DNA from: Paramoeba atlantica
Lineage: Eukaryota; Protista; Discosea
Length of the DNA: 64,000 bases
NCBI GenBank assembly: GCA_977017575.1
Contig: CDRNVI010000062.1
Location: 1-64,000 of the forward strand
Reading direction: 5' to 3'
Shown: piece by piece, positions 57,147-64,000 of the stretch
How positions within the stretch are numbered: position 1 is the stretch's first letter
How the letters are laid out: every line of letters begins with the position of its first letter
Program-made: the position numbers and the translations under genes
Notes under the pieces: generated by a model
What the model saw: the letters and a program-made list of their open reading frames with translations, nothing else
What the model was told of the DNA's origin: nothing
Databases searched by the model: none

Positions 57147-58346
57147 TTAGTCTGGATCTCGCAAATGGGACACCACCGTTCGTGTTTTTACCCGCCGAAG
57201 AGCTTCCTCCATTACCTGGATTTCCTCATCTCGTAGGGAACGGTATTCCCCAGGGAGAAGCGACATTTTCTGCGCGTCCAAATGTTCGTAACCAAGACAC
57301 TCTACGGAACTTACGGCGTGTTGCCGAATTTTTTGTATCATACCGGGGCGCAACATTTGTGTGCGCAAATCCAAGTAAAGAACATCAGAAGAGGAGGCTG
57401 CACCTGCACTGTCCAACACAGGTTTCGGAGAAGATTCACCTTCCGTAGAAGCTGAATAAATCCGAAACCCAGCACCTTGGGGTTTCGAAAAAGAGGAAGA
57501 AGAATATTCCATTCCTCCCTCTCCCCTTTCCTGCACCCTATGCACGTCTTCCTTTTCCTCCGGCGTCGCTTTCCTTCTTTGCACCCCACTTACCTCATAT
57601 TTCACAAATTCACCTCGAAAGAACCCTGCGGTGTCCTTTTCCGGCACGTTGCGCAAAATTTGCTCCAAATTCTGCGCCACCTCTACTGGAGTGCCGAAAC
57701 AAAAATGCAGCCGAAACAACCCTCCAGTCCCAAACATCGGGTGACATCCAAAATACCGATGCCACATTAAATCATTACTCAACAACACACACCCCGAACT
57801 TATGGAAGTTAAATACGGTGAATTAAAACCATAAACCGTGTGAGGTTGCCAGATTCCAAAATCCGGAGGCTGTATTCGATGCACAAAACTTTTCGCATTT
57901 CCCCCATTTAACGAAAGCGAAACCCCCGGAGGTTTCGCATAGACCCCATAGACGCGGTGCAGGGCGCGGAGCTCCACGGGAACCCATTGCCCGTTGGTGG
58001 AGCAACGCACGTAGAGGTTTCTGTTTTCCCATTGCTCATAGGGGAGCTGTTCCAGAAGGTTTTCAGGCGACAGCAACGCCCCGGTGGAACCGAGACGTAA
58101 CGCGTTGTCCGAGACCCGGGCCTCCGCCTCGGATTGGGTCATGCCGGCGCGCATGGTAAGATAGAGCGCGGCACTGGGGAGGTGGGAGCAGAGGCGGTCG
58201 AGGCTGCGGACGGGTTTCCCGGCATCGGCCTTTTTGAGCGTTTCTGCCGGGATGTGGGTGATCGCGGGCAGGCGTAGGGAGCCGCGGGTGTAGGAGGGGG
58301 TGTGGTAGGTGAAAGGACCGATCCGACGTGGGGGTTGGAAGACCAT
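57147..58346 (-). CDS. RsuA/RluB-like pseudouridine synthase homolog, catalytic Asp apparently replaced
   Basis: S4-like SLDRLC..AGM, YAKPPGV, SSGCVLLSND, C-terminal LLPGEYRSLRDEE. Confidence 0.65.
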   Translation of the reverse strand: MVFQPPRRIGPFTYHTPSYTRGSLRLPAITHIPAETLKKADAGKPVRSLDRLCSHLPSAALYLTMRAGMTQSEAEARVSDNALRLGSTGALLSPENLLEQLPYEQWENRNLYVRCSTNGQWVPVELRALHRVYGVYAKPPGVSLSLNGGNAKSFVHRIQPPDFGIWQPHTVYGFNSPYLTSISSGCVLLSNDLMWHRYFGCHPMFGTGGLFRLHFCFGTPVEVAQNLEQILRNVPEKDTAGFFRGEFVKYEVSGVQRRKATPEEKEDVHRVQERGEGGMEYSSSSFSKPQGAGFRIYSASTEGESSPKPVLDSAGAASSSDVLYLDLRTQMLRPGMIQKIRQHAVSSVECLGYEHLDAQKMSLLPGEYRSLRDEEIQVMEEALRRVKTRTVVSHLRDPD

Positions 58347-58579
58347 GGGATCGGGGGGAATGTAAAAGGGTAAGGTAAATTTGTAATGTAAATTTGGGAA
58401 GAAAGGAGGAATAAAAGGAAGAAAGAAAGAAAGAAAAGGTAGGTTATGAAAAATGGAAAAGCCTTCGATGGAGAGGTGTAATCAAGTCCGGTTTAGCATA
58501 CAGCGTAGCCCCGGTATGGTACGAAGTCACAGGTATGGTAAGTTAATCCTCCCTCTGCCCTGCTACTAGGGGGGCGAGG

Positions 58580-58930
58580 GAGCGGTGAGGGGTGAGGGAA
58601 CAGAGTGGTACGAACGTAAAGTTTAGAGTGGATGGTGCTCAGACGACGAGTTCGATTCCACCTTAATACCTGGAGGCCTCACTCTAAGAGGCTGGGCTGA
58701 GATCCGACTAGGCCCAGTACTCGGAGCACCGTCCCAGACACACCCTCAGGGAACCAGCTCCCTTATCCGGCCTACACCGCTTGGGTAAGCCGTATTGACG
58801 TACAATTCACCGACACAGCGTGTTGGTAACATCGTGTTGTAAGGGCGCATTGGGCATGCACCAAATTGGAAGAGGTTGTCCGTCTCGGTTATCAGTCTGT
58901 GAAGAGTATGGTCTTGCTTTTTTTCCGTTT
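58580..58930 (+). mobile_element. SINE family B, diverged subfamily
   Basis: GAGTGGTACG..GAGTTCGATTCC head and conserved GGCCTCACTCTAAGAGGCTGGGCTGA core; no TSD found. Confidence 0.7.
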
Positions 58931-58982
58931 TTCGAAAACTGACATGCACGTTATTCTAAAAATTTATGATCATTACTATTGA

Positions 58983-59711
58983 GTGATATTCTATAGACGC
59001 TCTTTGTTTTCTTATCCCATGACTTCTAACGACACTCCAAGAAAGGCGGAAAAGGGGGCGACACGTAAGTCTTCTAGAGGAGGTATAGAAACCCCCACCG
59101 ATAACGGAAATATTTCACAAGAATCACCATCTCAGGCCCGTCAACGTAGATCGCAGACCATTAGAAATTTGGAAGATAAAATTGCTGCTGCTCCGTCGCA
59201 GGCTGCCTTTGGTAATGCATCAGGGGGAACTCTTATTCATCACGTGTGCCCTGGTACGAAACGATTTGGGAATATCCAAGTTCCGCTGAAGTACACAGAA
59301 TTGGCGAAACATTTTGAATATCAAATGTGTATCTTTGATAATAGTCAGGGCTATCCATCTAGGATATGTTCGCAGGAGTTCGCGAAACGCAAAGATCCGC
59401 AATCATTCCTTCAGGACGACGGCAATCAAAGGTGCCATATAAGTTTTAATTGCGACACAATATTTCATGGTCGATGTAAGCAACCGTACTACATCCATAA
59501 GAATGTGACATGCAAGGTGCTGCATCCCAAAGGGGGAAGTAGCCAGGCGGAATTGTCACCCACAAATGACATTAAGAACGTAGAGGTTTTCATTAACAGG
59601 CATCTTCCCTGTATAGCGGCTTTGGCGAATATTTCAACTGCGAGATTCCTGGCTCATACACGGAGTTGTACAAGCTACTTCGTCCGGAAGCTACTCCCCA
59701 TGAGATACTGA
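58983..59711 (+). CDS. Orphan ORF on the strand opposite the gene cluster
   Basis: 242 aa with Cys/His clusters; no family recognised. Confidence 0.3.
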   Translation: MIFYRRSLFSYPMTSNDTPRKAEKGATRKSSRGGIETPTDNGNISQESPSQARQRRSQTIRNLEDKIAAAPSQAAFGNASGGTLIHHVCPGTKRFGNIQVPLKYTELAKHFEYQMCIFDNSQGYPSRICSQEFAKRKDPQSFLQDDGNQRCHISFNCDTIFHGRCKQPYYIHKNVTCKVLHPKGGSSQAELSPTNDIKNVEVFINRHLPCIAALANISTARFLAHTRSCTSYFVRKLLPMRY

Positions 59712-60049
59712 AAACTGTCTGCCAAGCGCGAAGACATTCCATTGATGCGAAAACGGATGCCACCCGTTGGGCAACCGACAGATTCGAAAGTTTTTCTTGG
59801 ATCGAAGTGCGATGTCCGGTGAGGTAACGTTTACTTGCCTTCTCAACGTTTTATCTCTGGAGGCTGCCATCGTCGGGCGACTGAAAGCCTGTTGTTTCAA
59901 TAACATTGTTTCGCATATCGTTAAGCGCATCATTTTCCTTATCGTGAACATGACCATAGGGAACAAAAAAATTCAAAAGTCGCACGAAAAAACCGAAATT
60001 AATTCATTGTTAACAATAATCGAATGTTAACAATAAATGAATTCCGATT

Positions 60050-61260
60050 ATTGCGGTGGTTGTAAAACTACCGCTCTACACTCGATTATTGAAAAAAAAG
60101 TGAACAAAAACAGTGAAAACATAAAGAGAAACACAGTAAACCATGTTCCAGGATAGTATACCTAGTAGGTATACTAAGTGGGTACGGTATCCTAATTTTT
60201 GTCTAAAAAGCAAAAAAAATATTTTTGCGCCGCTTCGCGGCGCGTTCCTTATCTGTAATTGCTAGAAAAATGGTGTTTTGACCTTAAAATACGATTTCTT
60301 ACCGTCTGATTGCTAGAAAAGTTGCTCTGTCGCTTCTAAAAAAGGGACTTCGCCCGCTCGTGTTGCTGGGAGGGGGGGGGTAGGTATACTAAGTGGGCAT
60401 GGGTATACTATCCTGGAACATGGTTTAATATAATAGAAGAAAAAAATATAAAAGGGGGCTCCGGTGGTCCAAAATTGAAAAACAAAATTGAAAAAAATGG
60501 GGGGTCTAGGGGGGGTCCATGGGGGGATCCATGGGGGGGTCTAGGGGGGGCCATACCGCAAGAAATTTATTTTCAAAAGAATATTTTTCGAAAAAAACCC
60601 ACAGAAGCGGTAGCCGGGGTCTTGGCACGCATTTTCCACCCCCCTACCCGGGGGTGACCCCCCCGCGTATCCGCAGGACGGGTCCGCCAAGTTCGGATTT
60701 TTTCGGAAAATGTTTTTTGAAAAAAAATTCAACTTGGCGAACAAAATGGAAAGAAAAATATTTTTTCAACATTTTTTTCCCTATTGTATTTAGAGAGTTT
60801 GGGACCTATACTACTAGCCTTCTGCACCGCAGGTTTCGGCAGATACACCTTCTTCTAGCCGTGGCACGCCTCCCAATATGGCCCATTTTTGACCAAAAAG
60901 TGCGGAAAAGTAATTTTCGTACTTAAAGGGGTCTTTTTATGTCGAAAGAATGGTATGGTTGGAGTCGCATTCTCTACCCAATACGTTCGGTAGGCTTTCA
61001 TTCACGCCTACGAGTGATTTCTCACACGCAAATATCAGATTTAGTGCTCTGAGAGCAAAAATACGCGAAAATCACCCCATTTTTACCCGAAATTCGGCTA
61101 TTTTCGGCTATAATATTTCAATTTTCTTCAGCTTTCCAGGCTTAATTTTCTTTTTTAGGCTCTTCGTTAAACGCGGTGGCAGTTTTCAACGCGAAGCGCG
61201 CAGCACGAGTGACTTCTAAGTTGAAAACAACCACCGCGTTTAACGAAGAGGCAAAAAAAA
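60050..61260. mobile_element. Family A, complete copy with a nested MITE (palindrome at right)
   Basis: Both termini present. Confidence 0.85.
60139..60425. mobile_element. TA-flanked MITE (AACCATG.. termini)
   Basis: TIR AACCATGTTCCAGGATAGTATAC; the empty site ACACAGTAATATAATAG in other family A copies shows TA duplication. Confidence 0.9.
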
Positions 61261-61344
61261 ATATTGATTGTTAACAATAATCGAAAGTTAACAATAAACG
61301 ATCCCCCATTTAAATAAAATTGACTTATTATCATTGGAGAGTAT

Positions 61345-61445
61345 GCAGTAGGTCTGTGTAAGTTCGTGTTGGTCCGTGGCGAGCTGTGTAGGTACGTGTA
61401 GGTTCGTGGTAATCCGTGTAGATTCGTGTAGGTTTGTGTAGTTTT
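61345..61445. repeat. 10-bp degenerate tandem repeat (GTGTAGGTTC)
   Basis: Recurs at ~62085-62140. Confidence 0.7.
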
Positions 61446-62529
61446 TTTTTGACATTTTTTGTGAAGGTTCAATGGGTCGGCCGCTAGGATGATTGCATGT
61501 AGGTAAAGTAGAACGAATTAGTTAAAACACGTCACTTGAATAAAAAGTTGAATAACAGCTGAAAGAATAACAACTGAAGGAATAAACCCGCTTAGGCACA
61601 ATACTAAGAATCCTTGTGATGGTAATAGTCGTTTTATTTAGCACGACTCACTCTTTACCTTATTTGGTGCCACTTATCTTTACTTCTTTATTAAAACTCT
61701 TTTACTATCTTAAACCTCTTTTTAGCTTTACATGCTTAAAACATCACGCACTTCGCGAGAAGCGACGTTCTTTTTTCGCTTTTTTGAAGATTCTACCTTA
61801 TGTGAACCTTCTTCATCTTCAACTTCAATATGTTGTGGGCCACGTTTTACGTGAACCAAACGTGGTTCGTCTTCTTTATCCCGTAAAACTTTCAGTTCCT
61901 TGAGAATAGAAAACAAATCTTCAGGAGAAAGAGTCTCATCCTGAAGATCAGAACTGGCACGATGTACCTGATTTCGACGAATAAAAATCCTTCCTTCGTG
62001 ACTAGGCGGTTCTCTATCGCAGAAACCAGGTCGTTGCGTTTTTCTTTTACGCTATGTATAAAACTAGAAATCAGAAAAAAGTGGTTCTGTGTAAGTCTGT
62101 GTGAATTCGTGTAGGTCCGTGTAGGTTCGTGTAGGTTTTTTTTGAACCCCAACCTAGCCCATCTGCAGACTCTCCATTATCATTTATCAAGATAAATAGG
62201 AACCGAAAACAGCATTCGGGCGAAAATACCCGATTTCTAGGCGAAAAAGTCAACTTTTTACCCCAGATTTTGGCCATTTTCAGCATTCGAATTGAAAAGT
62301 TTGTGACTTCGCTGTTCTAGAGAACAAAATATGTAGCTACAAGGGAAAAATTATTAGCGAAAAATTATTTAGCGATAATAATTTTTGGCTTGGGTGTAGC
62401 TTGAAACAATTCAATGCTGACGCGCGCGACCCCTTCCCTCACAGCCTTCATCTCTGCTTCAATCTTCCCTTGCACGTTTCTGTCCAAAGTTCTGCAGGAG
62501 TCAATGTTTATCGAACATCCAAGGAGGTA

Positions 62530-63430
62530 CTGTGCCCCCCCACTTATTTGTCGTAGTCCCACCCCCCCACTTAATTGTCCTTTTTGACGAGACTGAGCAG
62601 AAGCTGCGCCGGATTTTTTTTTTGGGGGCGGGCAATTTTTCCCTACGAACCTCATACATACAGTGTATCAGAACCCGACGTCTGAAGTAGTATTGTTTGT
62701 ATTTATAAACTGTCTACTTCAAGTTTTTCATATCACAATACGCTATACCTAGCTACATTTTTTTTCTTTGAAACTTAGTCCACCTCTTCCACAGAGTTTT
62801 GACGCGTCTGTGGCAGTATAAAGAGTTAGTCCTGTTGTGCGCGGTTCGCTGGCTTGGTTCCAGGTTCGGTCTATGGCCAATCGGAAAATATCTGATTTTC
62901 CAGTGTTCCATTGCAAGAGAAGTACGCTAGATAATCTTGAATTCCAATTATGGGCATGCGCCTGACTTGTACATTCGGAGAGGAGTTCCATAGCATAATC
63001 AACTTCATACAGCGGTTTGCGTACGATTCTGAGCATCCAAAGGAGCCGTGCAATTCAGCTTACTGCCGTACGAACAGTAAAGTCATCATAAGTAGACTTT
63101 GGTGTCACCCACGATGAGACCGTTTCACTACGAACTCGCCAAAAAAGAATGTGCTTCTTCCATTCGTATTCCCAAAAAATTGGCCTTCAGACTTTCGCAG
63201 AATGGTTTTGGTTCTTTCCAGTACGCCTGTAAAATTTTGGAATCCTCCCTGCGAACAACCGTTCCCTACCACCACCACTCCCTTCTTCCCTCACTGCGAA
63301 CAGTCATTTCCCACCACCATCCCGGTCGTCTCGCCCATGCCGCCTTGATGCTTGGGTTACAATATGGCCTCCTGCCCCACGAGTCGGTGCTCTATCAAAC
63401 CCCATACCTTATAGCGGTTTGACAAAAGAA

Positions 63431-63464
<34 letters not shown>

Positions 63465-63651
63465 TAAACTTTACTAGTACGGGAAAGGTAGAAAAACTAC
63501 TCATACGATAAAGATACCGTTTCTGTAAAGCCAATTTTATCCGAACGCTTTGGAGATTCCTTTGTTTCATCTAACCAAATAAATTGACCCCCCCACTTAA
63601 TTGTCCTTTTTTTGAAAAAGTGGTAACAAATAAGTAGGGGGGGGGGCACAG
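62530..63651. mobile_element. TA-flanked TIR element (CTGTGCCCC termini) with coding remnant and (CTA)n tract
   Basis: TA|CTGTGCCCCCCCACTTATTTGT ... ACAAATAAGTAGGGGGGGGGGCACAG|TA. Confidence 0.75.
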
Positions 63652-64000
63652 TACGTGAAAGCCAAAACGTATGGTGGTGAAAGTGTAGTGAGTATAGTGA
63701 CTCACTACACATGTAATGAGGTCAATACAAGTCACCTCCAGGGTATGTAAATAGGGGGGTTGTAATAAAGAATTGTAAAAATGTAAAACGTTTAGTCCTC
63801 AGTGAAAAGTGTGAAGAGCGCGAAATGTGCAATAATTCTGAAACCTTTCCCCTTCTACTAGTGCTGTGGTTATCCAAGAAAACAAAAGAAAATGGACAAA
63901 AAAAGAAAGGATGTTACTTTAAAAAAAGAAAATTATAAACGGGAGGGGAAGTGCAACTTTGTAGATGATAGCACATGCATTAGGTACTCGTGCGCAGACT

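Overview
Eukaryotic, intron-free, repeat-rich window. The host genes look kinetoplastid: the mevalonate kinase and HSP100/ClpB resemble the Leishmania/Trypanosoma proteins as I recall them, and all host genes from 26 to 58.3 kb lie on the minus strand like a polycistronic cluster. A Perkinsela-like or other non-trypanosomatid lineage is a guess. Host genes: MVK with very large in-frame low-complexity inserts, EB1, HSP100, UPF2, six plant-type LRR paralogs, a hypothetical protein, and an RsuA/RluB-like pseudouridine synthase lacking the catalytic Asp. Roughly half the window is mobile DNA: (1) nested RTE-like LINEs encoding a conserved aromatic N-terminal domain, APE, RT and RNase H; (2) two related tRNA-headed SINE families with 11-12 bp TSDs; (3) CRE-clade REL fragments; (4) a decayed Rep/PIF1 (Helitron2/Helentron-like) element plus two unrelated non-autonomous families sharing one terminal architecture, a 110-190 bp palindrome at one end and a short hairpin + CAAT at the other, linked by 11-13 bp asymmetric inverted repeats; (5) eight different TA-flanked MITE-like elements. 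All calls come from reading and hand-aligning the sequence. No searches were run, and most repeat boundaries are approximate to a few bases.
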